Assembly (NCBI GenBank): GCA_977018835.1
Contig: OZ361257.1
Coordinates: forward strand, 1,736,001 to 1,800,000
Direction of reading: 5' to 3'
Length of the DNA stretch: 64,000 nucleotides
Source: Minutocellus sp. GHC0000111
Taxonomy: Eukaryota
Below the pieces are notes generated by a model that saw only the letters and a program-made list of their open reading frames with translations, had not been told where the DNA came from and did not search any database. Both the position numbers and the translations under genes were made by a program. Shown piece by piece: positions 46,294-58,129 of this stretch; the stretch's first letter is position 1; every line of letters starts with the position of its first letter.

Positions 46294-48406
46294 CGAAGTC
46301 CGTTTCGCGAGGTCCGTTTCGCGAGAAATCGAGCGCAGGGTCGGGACCAAAACAGCGACATTTTGGGCCCGCAACCGCCTGAATCTTAGATCTACCGGCA
46401 TTGAATACATGTACAATGCAAAGTACATGTATTGCAGCAGCTAGTATCCAGATCTACAATCCAATCTAGCATTATTAAACAAAATATAACTTAAAAGCAC
46501 CGCATGGTTGGATCAGCAGGAGGAGGAGCGATAATTTTCCCATCTATCCGAACCATGCCATTTTCAGTCGGCCTGAAATCCTTTCGCACCCCAACATGAA
46601 TGCCTTCACCGTTTCCAAGAAAATCATTGTTGCCTTTTGCAACGATTACCTTCTTTGCAATTCTATGAGCCTGGATGTATGCCGATGCGATCTTCCAGTT
46701 TTCCAGCCCCATCCAAACTTCCTCCGCTGCATCCCAAGTCTGATCCTCTGTCAAAACCTTCAGCCCCTCCCGATCGCGGCACAACATTGTATGCTGCTTT
46801 GACATGCAAGGGAAAACAGACAGATCAAGAACATTCATATGGGGCATTTGCGGGGCCTGAGGTTCCCAACGCCATCCCTTGTCCCGACAGTATCCTTCCA
46901 CATATTCCACAAATTCAGTCTCGGCATGGGGCCCAGCATTGTCGCCCTGGAAAATAGGGACAGCCTTCAAACTTTCCGCCAGATCCGACCAAAGCCTCAA
47001 CATCCGGAAATATCTTGTTCTCAAACAAAGCTTTCAGTGGGAACTTGGGATTATCAAGGGTGCCATGGCTGCATCCAGTCACCGCGCAATCCACAAGGCA
47101 TAGATCGTCTTTCTTCCGAACCACCGGGCCGCAATATTTGATTCTACCATCTGCCTGCCGCACCGCCTCCCTTACCATCTGCCTCGCAATTTTATGCGCC
47201 TGAGCCCGAAAAAGTCCAAGCTTGAACGCAATGCCGCCATTCTCAATGCTGTCAATAAAAGCCAAGGCAGTGACAGCCACCACCATGCACTTGTTGATGT
47301 GATTTCGGTGATATGCCGAGAAGGACCGAGGATCAATACCCAATTCTGCAACTTGCTTGGCATACGATCGAAGAACCAAGCCCCAAAACCACTTCTCATC
47401 GAACATAACAAGGAGAAACTTGCCACCGCCGAGCCCCCAATCGTTTCGGAATTTCCGCGCAAATGCCAAATGTTTCTCCATCTGATGTGTAGTAAGGAGA
47501 GGGATGATCCTTTTGGCATAGTACCGGAACCCTTCCCGCGACATTATCCACCGCCGTATTGCCGAGTAGGAACACCAAAAGTTGACATCCACCTCCAGCT
47601 CCCGCCAAGATTCCCGAGGATTTCGTATCAGAGCATCAACAATAACATCTCGAATGTATGGCTGCATAGCCAGATGAGATCTCCTCTTCATCTCCCACAT
47701 CGCCTTCTCAGATGCAGGTAGAGCACCATACGCCTTCATCCATCCCGAAAATCGTATGCCGATCGCGTCATCGAAATGCTCAGCTTCGACTTCCGCCCGA
47801 GACACAAATGGATTGAACACATACTCACCGCTGTCTTGGCCATCATCATTGACCAGGAGAAAACTCTCAAGATTGACGGGCCCGAGGATTTTGAGAAGCA
47901 CATGCTCCTCAATGTCGTCAGTCGACTCGTCTGCCGGGCGATAAGGGCCGAGAACATGCCCCTCGACATGGATGATGTCGTGGCAATAACTGAATCGGTG
48001 TACGACAAGGCCGCGGAGATGTTCCACTCCTCAGTTACCTTCATCTACAAGTTAAACGGCGTGAAGCGGGAGCTAAAGAAGCTCAAGCTCATCCCGGATT
48101 GGCTGTGGTGCGAGATCCGGGACGAATGCATCGTACTGCCGATCCGAGGCGAGTATCATGCCATCGTTCAAGATGAAGACGAGATGGAGGCCGAACCGTC
48201 GCGTCGCACGAACGCGTCCATTTGATTAGAGCCGCTGAAATCTAAAGTCTTATCCGAATTATTGTTTCACATGAAGATAAATCAAAATTAGAGTAAAAAT
48301 AGCCATTTTCAAAAATATTTCAGCATGACTATTCTTCGAGGCGCTTTTCAATCCCCTCGAAAGCAGTCAAAAACCGGGCGCTCGATTTCTCGCGAATCTG
48401 ACCTCG
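46294..48406. mobile_element. Tc1/mariner-superfamily DNA transposon, about 2.1 kb
   Basis: 29-bp TIRs at 46308-46336 and 48378-48406 (27/29 identical, CGAGGTC...); TA at 48407-48408 and at 46292-46293 before a short terminal duplication; internal transposase. Confidence 0.88.
46491..48027 (-). pseudogene. Mariner-like DDD transposase, frameshifted near 46960; 5' end uncertain
   Basis: MFDEKWFW, FQGDNAGPH, QAPQMPHMNVLDLSVF. Confidence 0.85.
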
Positions 48407-48562
48407 TACATGTAGTATGAATCGTTGGCCAGATGTTGGTGCAAAACCTGAACAAAAGCAATCTAGCCTAGACTACCGGTACAGTGGTATATGTAGACCG
48501 CTGCAACCTACCATGGTATACTTTTGGTATTGCAGATAGAAAATTAAAGAAGGTTTATGCAT

Positions 48563-51121
48563 TTAAAACATGTGCGCAAAATCGGATGGCCCTCCTCCTC
48601 TCCTGCTTCTCCGTTCTCGGTCGCCGAAGCCGCTGCTGGCAATCTTCATCTTTCTCTGCTCCTCCTTTTCCCGCTTCGTTGCGCAAGGTTTGCATTGGCA
48701 CTTGTTCAAGCAAGAAGGGCAGTGCCATTCCTTGTCACTTGTGCATTGTTCCCAAGGTCCGTTCTGAGAAACGTGGTCGTATATACCCTCCAGACAAGTT
48801 TGGCAGTACACAAAGCGACACTGTGTTCCATTGATCTTCCAATACGAGCACCGTCGATATTCGTTCGTCGTGTTGCGACAGTGATGGCATTTCATGGCCT
48901 TCTTCCCTGGGTTCCGACCCAGACGGATCGATGCCGACGATGGCGGCGCTGGTTTTGTCGGTGCCTTGAAAGTGGTGTCAAAGGGTGGCGGTGGAGGTGG
49001 TGGTGGTACCGTTGCGGATACCCCCGAGGATTCTTGCTTCCGAGATGGCCCAGATTCATCTCTCGATATCAAAGGAGCAAAGAGATCATGTTGCGGCAGT
49101 GATTTTGCCGACGGAGCTGCCGAAGCAACAGCGGTGGCCGTGGCGGCTGCATTTTTCGTTGGTTCTGCTACCGACGTTGCCTTCTGATCCATAGATCTCG
49201 CTTCATGGCTTGTGGGCGTCTGTTTGCGACTTGGAGCTGGAAACACAAATTGTCGTGGCGCGGCGTACTTGGCCGATGCCTTTCTGGCTTTATGGGCCTG
49301 CATAATGGGAAGATCATCCTTGTCGTCGGATGCCACGGACTGAATGGGACGACCTGCGCTCGAGGAGGTCGCACCAGGAGCGGCTCGCTTCAACTCTGTA
49401 GCAGCCAACTTGGCTCTCTTTTCGGTTGGCGGTGGAGCAGCTCCTTGAATTTCATCCGCAGGGCGTTTCAAGGATGCAGAAGAATCGCCACATGCTGTGT
49501 CCGTATAGGATATCTCGCGCCCCTCCGTTTGGTGCTTCTGCGTCTTGGCCTTGGCCTTGGCTTGGTCCTGCGCCTGCGCCTGCGCCTGCGCCTCCGCCTG
49601 CGCCTCCATCGCCTGATATCGCAAAATTTCCAGCAAATGCTCCTGCTTCTCGTGCTGGTCCTGCCTCTCCTGCTGCCGGGCCTGCCGCAGGATGCTGTCC
49701 CATTCGGCAGTCTTTTCGAGATGACGTTTCTCCCTCCTGGCACCACCATTACCATTACCACTACCATTACCATTACTACCACCGGCACCAGCGGCAACTT
49801 GCGGTTGCTTCGTCTTGCTTTTCTTGCCCTTCTTTTTGGTTCTCCTTGGGCCCTCGTACTGCCTCCCACCGGCCGCGGCGGCGGCAGCGGATGTCCTGGA
49901 CGCATTGGTGGCGGTAGTGGCCCTGCCCCTGCCGCTCTTCGCCGACGACGACCGATGGGACGGGAGATATTTCTTGGCATATTCGTCCGCCGTGACCCTG
50001 GCCCTATTCGTAGAGGACGCCACCGATTCCATCGATCGCGTCACACGATGCCTCGTGCCCGCTCGTAGCCCAGTCGACGGTCGCATCATTTCTTCCTCCT
50101 CCACTTCTACCTCGGCACCATCACCGGCACCCCCATCGACGGCGGTCTCCCTGGCCAAGGCGGATCGATGCTCCCTCAGCAACTGGGCGGCCCCGTCCAT
50201 CTCTTGGCCGTGACGGTGCTCCCGACGGGCCAACCGGCTCATGTAGGGGGCGGCGTAGTCTTGCAGAACGTACCCTCCATGGATGGCCTCGGTCACCCCC
50301 AAAAGCTGCAGGACCGCGTGGGCGTTCCGCTGCAGGAGGGTCGGCACTTCGTTTGATACATGTACAGATGCACCCTCCTTTGTGCTACTAGTATTCACCC
50401 CCTCTTCTTTCCTCGCGCCATTCTCCCGAACATCCCGTTCGAGCGCATCCTCCAAAACCGCCCGAAGTCGGGCGGCCAGAACTTGCTGCTCGTCCAGCAT
50501 GGTCCGCCTCGTCGGCTCCCACGCCTCGGCCGTGTACCCTCTGCCTCCGGCCAGGTGGGCCGCCGCGCCGAGCGGACCGGCTGCGGCAGTTGAGGATTGC
50601 TGGGCATTATTATCGATATTGGCGGTGGCATTGTTGCTGCCGGATGAGGAATGGGACGACGAGGCCACGCTCGCGGCGGACAGGGCAGCCACAGTTGTTG
50701 CGGCCGCGGCGGCCGCGGCGGACGCGGCACCGTCGCCTCCACCGGACGTACCGCGGCGTCTGCCTCCACCTCCACCGCCACCGCCGCTGCCTGATGCGAG
50801 CACCGGCACGTCTTGGGCCAGCGTCCCGTTGCTGATGCCGGGGGCGGCGCTGCCGTCCAGAACAAACACCGACTTGGTTCGGAGGGCATCCTGCAGGTCG
50901 ATCAGGGTACGGAACGGGTTGCCGTTGTCGCCGTCGCGGCGCCGTCCGGCGGCGCTTGGAGAGAATGCGTCGAAATAGCGAAATCGAGAGGAAAAATGAA
51001 AAAGCAAAGAGGGAAAAGGAAAAAGAAAAGGGAAAATCTTTGTCACCGCACCGCGCAATAACAAGGCAAAGGGCCGCGAGATTTTCCCGCGAGTTGCTGG
51101 CTGTTGGTTCGTGTTCAGCAT
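48563..51121 (-). CDS. Low-complexity protein with a C-terminal zf-4CXXC_R1 (CDCA7-type) zinc finger; 5' end uncertain
   Basis: CHHCR..C..C..YCQTCL..Y..WHCPSCLNKCQCKPC. Confidence 0.75.
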   Translation of the reverse strand: MLNTNQQPATRGKISRPFALLLRGAVTKIFPFLFPFPSLLFHFSSRFRYFDAFSPSAAGRRRDGDNGNPFRTLIDLQDALRTKSVFVLDGSAAPGISNGTLAQDVPVLASGSGGGGGGGGRRRGTSGGGDGAASAAAAAAATTVAALSAASVASSSHSSSGSNNATANIDNNAQQSSTAAAGPLGAAAHLAGGRGYTAEAWEPTRRTMLDEQQVLAARLRAVLEDALERDVRENGARKEEGVNTSSTKEGASVHVSNEVPTLLQRNAHAVLQLLGVTEAIHGGYVLQDYAAPYMSRLARREHRHGQEMDGAAQLLREHRSALARETAVDGGAGDGAEVEVEEEEMMRPSTGLRAGTRHRVTRSMESVASSTNRARVTADEYAKKYLPSHRSSSAKSGRGRATTATNASRTSAAAAAAGGRQYEGPRRTKKKGKKSKTKQPQVAAGAGGSNGNGSGNGNGGARREKRHLEKTAEWDSILRQARQQERQDQHEKQEHLLEILRYQAMEAQAEAQAQAQAQDQAKAKAKTQKHQTEGREISYTDTACGDSSASLKRPADEIQGAAPPPTEKRAKLAATELKRAAPGATSSSAGRPIQSVASDDKDDLPIMQAHKARKASAKYAAPRQFVFPAPSRKQTPTSHEARSMDQKATSVAEPTKNAAATATAVASAAPSAKSLPQHDLFAPLISRDESGPSRKQESSGVSATVPPPPPPPPFDTTFKAPTKPAPPSSASIRLGRNPGKKAMKCHHCRNTTNEYRRCSYWKINGTQCRFVYCQTCLEGIYDHVSQNGPWEQCTSDKEWHCPSCLNKCQCKPCATKREKEEQRKMKIASSGFGDRERRSRRGGGPSDFAHMF

Positions 51122-51194
51122 TCATGCACTGACCTTGCGCAGCGTGCGTTGAGGACAGCCATTTCGACCTTCGGCTCGGTGTCGCAAAAACAAG

Positions 51195-52547
51195 ATGGAG
51201 ATCGATGCTGATGCCCCCAGCAATTTAGATCGCATCGTGCAGGAAAATGGTGGAGACGCAGATGCAGACGACGACGACGAGGAATGGATGGAGACGGACG
51301 ACACGCAAGACACCGATGCAGGTGGCAAGGAAGGTGATGATGCTTCGACCGGAATGGGATCCGATGACGAGCTGGAATGCGATTTCAATGAGCTAGAGGA
51401 GAATGGCAAGCGCCAGAGCGCCCAATATGGTGGTGGGATCAGTGTCTTTGTCTTAGGCTTTATTAATGTCAGACTCCGTCCTGACGGAAAAGGCGCCGAA
51501 TTGAGCGACGCAGGGAAAGAACATTTGACGTGGAGACTTGAGAAGGGAAAGAGCTTCAGCGATTGGACCATTGTGGTCCGAAGCGCGGGGTCCATCGAAC
51601 CGGTAGAGTACAATGTCCACCGGCATATGCTGGCGACTGGTCCGAGGAAGTCGGGCTACTTCGAGACCATGCTTCTCAGCTCCGGCCAGTACCAGGAGTC
51701 AGGTAATTCAATGAGTACCATCGAGCTGCCCGCAGATGTTGTTTCTGCGTTTCCAACGTTTCTTGATTATTTCTACGCACCCTTTTCTGAAGCGAAAGGC
51801 GTCATAACACAGGAAAATTGGATGCAGCTTCGACATCTTGCTGATTACTTTCTCGTGTCGGAGCTTAGCAATGCCGTATCGACCTTCATCGAATCTGACA
51901 TGAACAATCTCGAACGTACGGAAATGTACCTGAAGATGGCGGTGGAAGAAGGCAACGAGGCGCTAATAGCGCACGCAGCGACTGTTTGTATCACTGATAT
52001 TCTCCATATCAAAGAAGATTCCTCTCTCGTGTATTCAATGCCACCGGCATTCTTCTGGCACGTCATGGTCTACTCAAGCCAGTTCCTCACAGAAATATTC
52101 AGAGCCGATCTTTTTCAGCGTGATAAAGCTGCAAAGACGATAGCTAGGCTGATCTGTTCGTACTTAGGACGTCACGGGCGCGATTTAGGTTTGCCGTACT
52201 TTTTGGGCATATTTGATCAAATTGTTTGCCTCATGCCAAGTGTCACACCTATTAATTGTCACAATGCCGTTGCGATAGTTAATTTGTTCCTTGATCTTTT
52301 CAAAGAAAATAATTGGGAAATCATGTGGTTTCCACGACGCGATGATGCCGGGTTTGTTTCCAGTGGACAGGAAGTGTTCGAAGCCTTTTGTGTGAAAAGC
52401 ATATACGATTACTCAACACAAGGCAATATGAACGACCTGCATGTCGCGATCATAATGAAAAAAGTTCCTGATTACATCGCGAAGGAACTTTTTATTATGG
52501 CCTCTCGCAAGATCAGAGACGGTAAGAGAGAGAATACGGCTTACTAG
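51195..52547 (+). CDS. BTB/POZ-like protein (same family as 10651-12300)
   Basis: LTWRL..SFSDWTIVV..NVHRHMLATGPRKSGYF..AFPTFLDYFY..LADYF. Confidence 0.8.
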   Translation: MEIDADAPSNLDRIVQENGGDADADDDDEEWMETDDTQDTDAGGKEGDDASTGMGSDDELECDFNELEENGKRQSAQYGGGISVFVLGFINVRLRPDGKGAELSDAGKEHLTWRLEKGKSFSDWTIVVRSAGSIEPVEYNVHRHMLATGPRKSGYFETMLLSSGQYQESGNSMSTIELPADVVSAFPTFLDYFYAPFSEAKGVITQENWMQLRHLADYFLVSELSNAVSTFIESDMNNLERTEMYLKMAVEEGNEALIAHAATVCITDILHIKEDSSLVYSMPPAFFWHVMVYSSQFLTEIFRADLFQRDKAAKTIARLICSYLGRHGRDLGLPYFLGIFDQIVCLMPSVTPINCHNAVAIVNLFLDLFKENNWEIMWFPRRDDAGFVSSGQEVFEAFCVKSIYDYSTQGNMNDLHVAIIMKKVPDYIAKELFIMASRKIRDGKRENTAY

Positions 52548-52656
52548 TAATACCTTTTCTTGCAGAGCATCAACCACAGTAGTAGGTCTAATGATAAGGC
52601 AACAATTTATTTGTTCATTACTGTCATGTTGATTTATTAATACATCCTTATCCTGC

Positions 52657-53832
52657 CTACTTGTGTAGATGGTGTCCAAACATTTCCTCCATTGCTTCAG
52701 CGACCAACTCAGAGGGATGCTTCCATGCTTCCGTCTCAATCTTTTTTCCTTTTAACATGAGTACCAAAAGGAAAAGTCTTTCTTTTATCTCTTCGTCTTT
52801 CTCAAAATCCCACCAATTTTTCACGTGGTCAAGTGGATGAAACGCACCGTCAGGCTCAGGATCTGCACCATTCGCAAGTAACGTGTTGATAACTTTCAGT
52901 CCAAAACTTAGTTCTGACCGTTTGCGTAATGCTGAAAGAAATCCAAACAACGCCCACAGGAGAGGCATTTCGTCCCCCCGTGTATCTTGTAGAATAAAGT
53001 TCGCATCAAAACTTTGATGCGATACTAGCCTCTCAATACACTCTGTTTCGATTAAGTGGGCATATGCTGTAGTAATGTAAATAAGGCTGTTACGTCCAAG
53101 GACAGCTCTCATGACAAATTTTCTGGAAGAGAGCAGCGTGTCCACAATTGACGCATCGCCCCGCACCATTGCAAGTATGATGAGATCCTCATTCTCTACT
53201 AAGTCCTTGGAAGTGAAACTGGCCCAGCGCCTGGCGCTGACATCGATGCCATGGTCCGTGACAAGCGTCTCGACAACGTCCTTTAGACCAATTTCGATGG
53301 CCACGGCAGGGTTGTTGAACACCACGTTTGGGTCGAGGCGAATTCGAGTTTGCCTCCCCCTCTTGGAGATAATAGCACTCACGTCACCCTTGAACCGACG
53401 GATATTGTCCTGGCTGATTCTACTTCGCCAATCAGGATTGACTTTCATCCATGTCTGGATATCACCCCGACACTTATCGAAGAGGGGTAAGCTTTCCACG
53501 AACGTGGGGTAATGATTTTGAATATCCGGGATGGCATCCAACCTCTTTAGGCATTTCACCACGTACGCCTCGTTCTTTCCGAGGTACTTATGCCGAATTT
53601 TCGTGGCCACCCTGGGACCGACGGAAATGCACAAACTGCACAATGTTCCGCCGGCGGTGTCCATGAAGCAAGCGATGCGGCAAATCAGATCGGAGTTGGC
53701 ACCCACAGCCGCCGCTGCCGAAGCCGGCGGTAGGAGGCTTTTCAACAGACGAACGAGCACAACGCTGGAGCTTGGAAGGGCGCTGCGAACTGGAACCATC
53801 CCAGTTGGCAGACCTCTTCCCGTCACTATCAC
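52657..53832 (-). CDS. Uncharacterised protein with ankyrin-like C-terminal helices; start uncertain
   Basis: 391-aa ORF; AIEIGLKDVVETLV, LAMVRGDASIVDTLL, LLANGADP. Confidence 0.55.
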   Translation of the reverse strand: MIVTGRGLPTGMVPVRSALPSSSVVLVRLLKSLLPPASAAAAVGANSDLICRIACFMDTAGGTLCSLCISVGPRVATKIRHKYLGKNEAYVVKCLKRLDAIPDIQNHYPTFVESLPLFDKCRGDIQTWMKVNPDWRSRISQDNIRRFKGDVSAIISKRGRQTRIRLDPNVVFNNPAVAIEIGLKDVVETLVTDHGIDVSARRWASFTSKDLVENEDLIILAMVRGDASIVDTLLSSRKFVMRAVLGRNSLIYITTAYAHLIETECIERLVSHQSFDANFILQDTRGDEMPLLWALFGFLSALRKRSELSFGLKVINTLLANGADPEPDGAFHPLDHVKNWWDFEKDEEIKERLFLLVLMLKGKKIETEAWKHPSELVAEAMEEMFGHHLHK

Positions 53833-54390
53833 CGGCAGAATGAATCCATGATGCTTGTGGATGGGGGACTCAAATCATATCTACTGCTGGTATTGTTTCC
53901 ATTCCTCAACCGTCCCGGGCTGCTGACTGACAGCAACTCCGGCCACGCTCCACGCCACCGCGCGCCGCCGCCACGCGCCACCGCGCGGCAATCAAGTCGG
54001 ACGCTTGCGACTGACCTCTTACGTACGGTCGCCTATTTCTACGTACGATGCGAGATACAGCAAGCTTCTATTTGACGTCATTTGAAGATCTTACAACAGC
54101 CCTGTGACGAAATGACCCTCAAGAGTCACTCTGAGCAATGGTCATTTTAGGCTGCATTGTGCGAAGACATTGTGCGAAGAAGCCGCAGCCACCAAGCAAT
54201 CATTCGGACGCCTCCTTCCTCGCCTGCATCGCTCTGGTGGATGATACCACGAGGCAGACGCAGTCATTATTCCAAGTTTGCGGTCTTTTTTCCAAGCAAG
54301 GAGAGCTCATTCTTTCATTCTTTCATTCTTCCATTCTTTCACAAAGCCTCTGATTCTCGCCGGTTCGCGTAGCTAGCAGTTGTCATCAAC

Positions 54391-57300
54391 ATGCAGCTTT
54401 CTCCCCACGCCCTCGGCGTCCTTGTGCTAGGCCTTGGCCTCATCACAACCACCGCCGAAGCCAAGTTTGTCCGCAAGGGTGGCAAAATGACCACTGATCG
54501 AAGTGCAAACGCCAACAATGCTCCTTCTTCTCGTCGTCGTCTCAAGCGACCCGCCGATTCCTCCACCTGCGACCATCCCTCGGTCGTCGAGGTCCAGTAC
54601 GCCGACCACACCATCGAGGAATCCTACATTTCGTGCGAGCAGCCCGACGGCACTTCGTACCGAGTCAACGTCCCCGATCATGTCGCCGACAAGGCCAAGG
54701 GGGTCATCTTTGCCTCCGAGGGTCATCCCGGTCAGGGCGGACCTGGTATTGGTCTGGAACTTCCCGCGGGGTCCGAGATTGACGAGTCCACGGCTACAAT
54801 TATCGTCCCTCCCGGCAAGGCACTGGGATTCAAGAACAGACCCGCACATGCGGGTGCAAATGGAGCAGGCCTCAACAGCGCTGCCGACATTGCCTCGATC
54901 GCCAACGGCAACCGTCCCAATCGCGATCGTCGCCTTGCCGTCACTGGCACCAAATCCGTCCTGGTAGTGCGGGTCATCGCCTCCGATGCCTCCACCACGG
55001 ATACCGTCGAACGTCTGAGTGACTCCGTGTTCGGTAACAACGCCGACGGCAACGGTGCCGATGCGGCCAACCTTGCCTCTCAGTACGCCGCCTGCTCTTA
55101 CAACAAGCTCACCTTCGTCGAGGCCCCGGCTCGTACCGGCAACACCATTTCCATCGTCAACGGTGCCACCTCCGTTACGGTATCCACTGCCACGACCGAG
55201 GGCGACGGGGTCATGAACAACGCCATCACCACCGAGCTCAATTCCCAGTTCGGTGTGTCGAGCCCCACCCCCCACCTGGCCGATCACATCATGCACTGTT
55301 TGCCACCGGGTACCATGGGGGGAATCGCCTACGCCAACTTTCCCGGCAGCCGATCCGTCTATTCGGACCGGTGGTGCACGTACCTGAGCGCGCAGATTCA
55401 TGAGATTGGACACAACCTAGGCTTCCACCACAGCGGCGAAGGTGGGGCCGGGTATGCCGACCAATCAGGCTTTATGGGATGCTCTTACAGCCAGGACGAT
55501 GGGCCATTGATGTGCTTCAATGGTGCCAAGAGTTGGCAGGTGAGTAACTTGTGTGTCTGTTATTATTATTTCTGTATTATATATATATATTATATCACCT
55601 AACTCGCCTACTAGTGACATTCTTTGCTGATTTGTAATATATAACATATAATATATAATATCTGACCGTTTCATTGGCTCATGATGTACACATTCTAACA
55701 TGCATCTTTGTTCTATTCTTTCGTTTTTTACCAATGCAGAGCGGCTGGTACCAGAACCGTCACGCCACCTTCACCCTCGCCGATGCCACCTGGTCTGGAA
55801 ACCTCATTGGTCAGGTAGACTACACCAACGCCAACTCCAACGATCCCATCCTCCTGCAGCTCAACACGGCCGACAATGCCGAGTACTACGTCCAGTTCAA
55901 TCGCAAGGCCGGGGCCAACTCGGGCACCATCGAGGGCGGAAACCAGATCATGATTACCAAGGAACAGTCCAGCAACACCTACCCCCAATCGACGCTCCTT
56001 GCCAAGCTCGATGCTGGTGGGTCGTATCAGGTTCAGAATTACGATGGCAGCGGCCGTCCTCTCACCCTCGAGGTGACTGCGGTTGACCTCGCAGCCAACC
56101 CACCCTATGCTAGCATTAGTATCATCACTGGTGACCCTTGCACGACAAGCACGGAGTGCGACGACGGTTTGCACTGCAACGGCATCGAATATTGCGGCTC
56201 CGACGGTTTCTGCAAGGACGGAGCCAGCCCCTGCCTAAGCACCCAGAGGTGCAGCGAGGCCTCCGGTGGATTCTGTGGTGAATGTCAGTCCGTCACCCTC
56301 GAGTTGACTACTGACAACTACCCCACGGAACGTCTTGGACGGTGACCGACCCCAGCTCGGAAGTCATCGACTTTCGTTTGCAAAGTTCCTACACCACAAC
56401 CAACACTGCACAAGATCCCGTGGAAATTGGTGGTGACTTCCCATGTCTTTCTGATGGAGTTCATACCTTCACCATTACCGATGGCTACGGCGATGGTATC
56501 TGCTGCTCCTACGGGTCAGGATCCTATAAGCTCAAGGATCACAATGGCGTCACCCTTCATGAGGGTGGTGAGTTCACCAGCTCCGAGTCCAAGACCTTCA
56601 CCATCGCTGTACCCGCCCCTCCGATATCCACTCCCACGGCCTTACCGGTGACGGCATCGCCGGTATCCCAAGCTCCCGTGTCGCAGGCTCCGGTGAGCGC
56701 GTCTCCCGTGTCCCAGGCTCCGGTGACTGCCGCTCCGGTCACTCCCTCAGCGCGTCTCCCGTGTCCCAGGCTCCGGTGACTGCCTCGCCTGTCAGCAGTC
56801 TCCCTACAGCTTCTCCAGTCACAGCCTCTCCAGTGTCACAAGCCCCTGTTTCCCAAGCTCCCGTGTCCAGCTCACCTACGGCATCTCCGATTACTCAAGC
56901 TCCGGTGACCAGCTCGCCAACAGCGTCGCCGAATACCCAAGCTCCAGTGACCAGCTCACCAACGCCATCTCCGATTACACAAGCTCCCACGACATCTCCA
57001 GTGACTGCCCCAGTGACCAGCCCCCCAACTTCATCGTGCGGAAATAACATCTGCGAGGCAAGTGATGGTGGTTGCAGCGCCGAAAAAGTTTCTTTCTGCC
57101 CATCCGACTGCATCTTCGGTGGATCACCGGGCGGAACCCCTATTTGTGGAAACAGTATCTGTGAAGCTGGCGGCGGAGAGAACTACGATACTTGCCCCAG
57201 TGATTGCCCGCATAGCGGAGGGAAGCCATCAACGAGGTACTACTGCGGCATAGATGGATGCGACCATAGCGCATGCACTTCCGGAGGCCTGACGTGCACC

Positions 57301-57558
57301 ACGGAGCCTTCGCAGGATACTCGCTTCTGCTGCGGAGATGGTGTCTGCTCCCCCGGCGAGGACGAAGTCAACTGTCCTCTTGACTGCGAAGGCGCGACTT
57401 CGGCTCCAGTTGCATCGCCTACCGCGGCTCCTATTAGCCCCCCTACGGCAGCCCCGGTGTTCCAGCCCACCGCTGCATGTCTTGGAGGTGGAAGCAGTTG
57501 CGGAAGCGATTCAGATTGCTGCAGCAACAATTGCAAGGGCAACGGATATTGCAAGTAA
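54391..57558 (+). CDS. Secreted gametolysin-like peptidase (M11) with Cys-rich and Pro/Ser/Thr C-terminal modules; intron 55540-55739; frameshifts near 56330 and 56750
   Basis: Signal peptide; HEIGHNLGFHHS zinc motif, MGCSY, CFNGAKSWQ/SGWY across the intron; DGYGDGICCSYGSGSY module; xxPVx repeats. Confidence 0.85.
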
Positions 57559-57790
57559 ACGTTGCTTTGACCGCGGTAACGGAGAGGATTGACCAAATGT
57601 TTGCTACATCACTTATACTAACATGACAAAATAATGATAAGAAAAACCTTACTATACGGAAAAACGCATTCATATCTTCAGTGTTTTGAATACTTCTTCA
57701 TCTATTTCAATCCCTTTTTTTCTATCAACGCCAAGTGAAGCCATTGGTTCTATGTGCTTGCCTTGTTCTAGAAAAGGAGAACACAGGCTC

Positions 57791-57892
57791 GACTCTCCTC
57801 GCACTTATATCTCAGCAATGGGAATATAGCTTATTCATGCTTATCATCACATCATGAGTCACCGTCCCACCGCGTCATTCCAACCAAGAGTC
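57791..57892 (-). promoter_or_regulatory. Candidate SECIS element in the SelK 3' UTR
   Basis: Minus strand ATGAC-GCGGTGGGA...TCCCATTGC-TGAG (quartet plus 9-bp helix with G-U pairs), lower helix GACTCT/AGAGTC; apical loop atypical. Confidence 0.45.
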
Positions 57893-58129
57893 TATCCGAC
57901 GATGCATTGATTTCTGTCAAGTCATCGTCGGGTCATCTTGATTACGTGCGCATAAAGCAATAGACTTCCAGCCACTCTCTCCGGTTTGCACTCCGTTGAA
58001 CAATCAACCTTCGCTTCTCGGCCCGAAATAGAAATATTTTATGGAGAATTCCATTCCGAACCAAAATATTTCAAGCCTGACCGACCCGCCAACTGTCCAA
58101 TCAGATTGCAAAACTTCTAGAGAGCGGCA

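Noticed and set aside
46308..46336. Link between the mariner TIR (TTTCGCGA) and the array core (TTTCGCGG)
   Set aside because: Only 7 bp are shared, with no extended similarity
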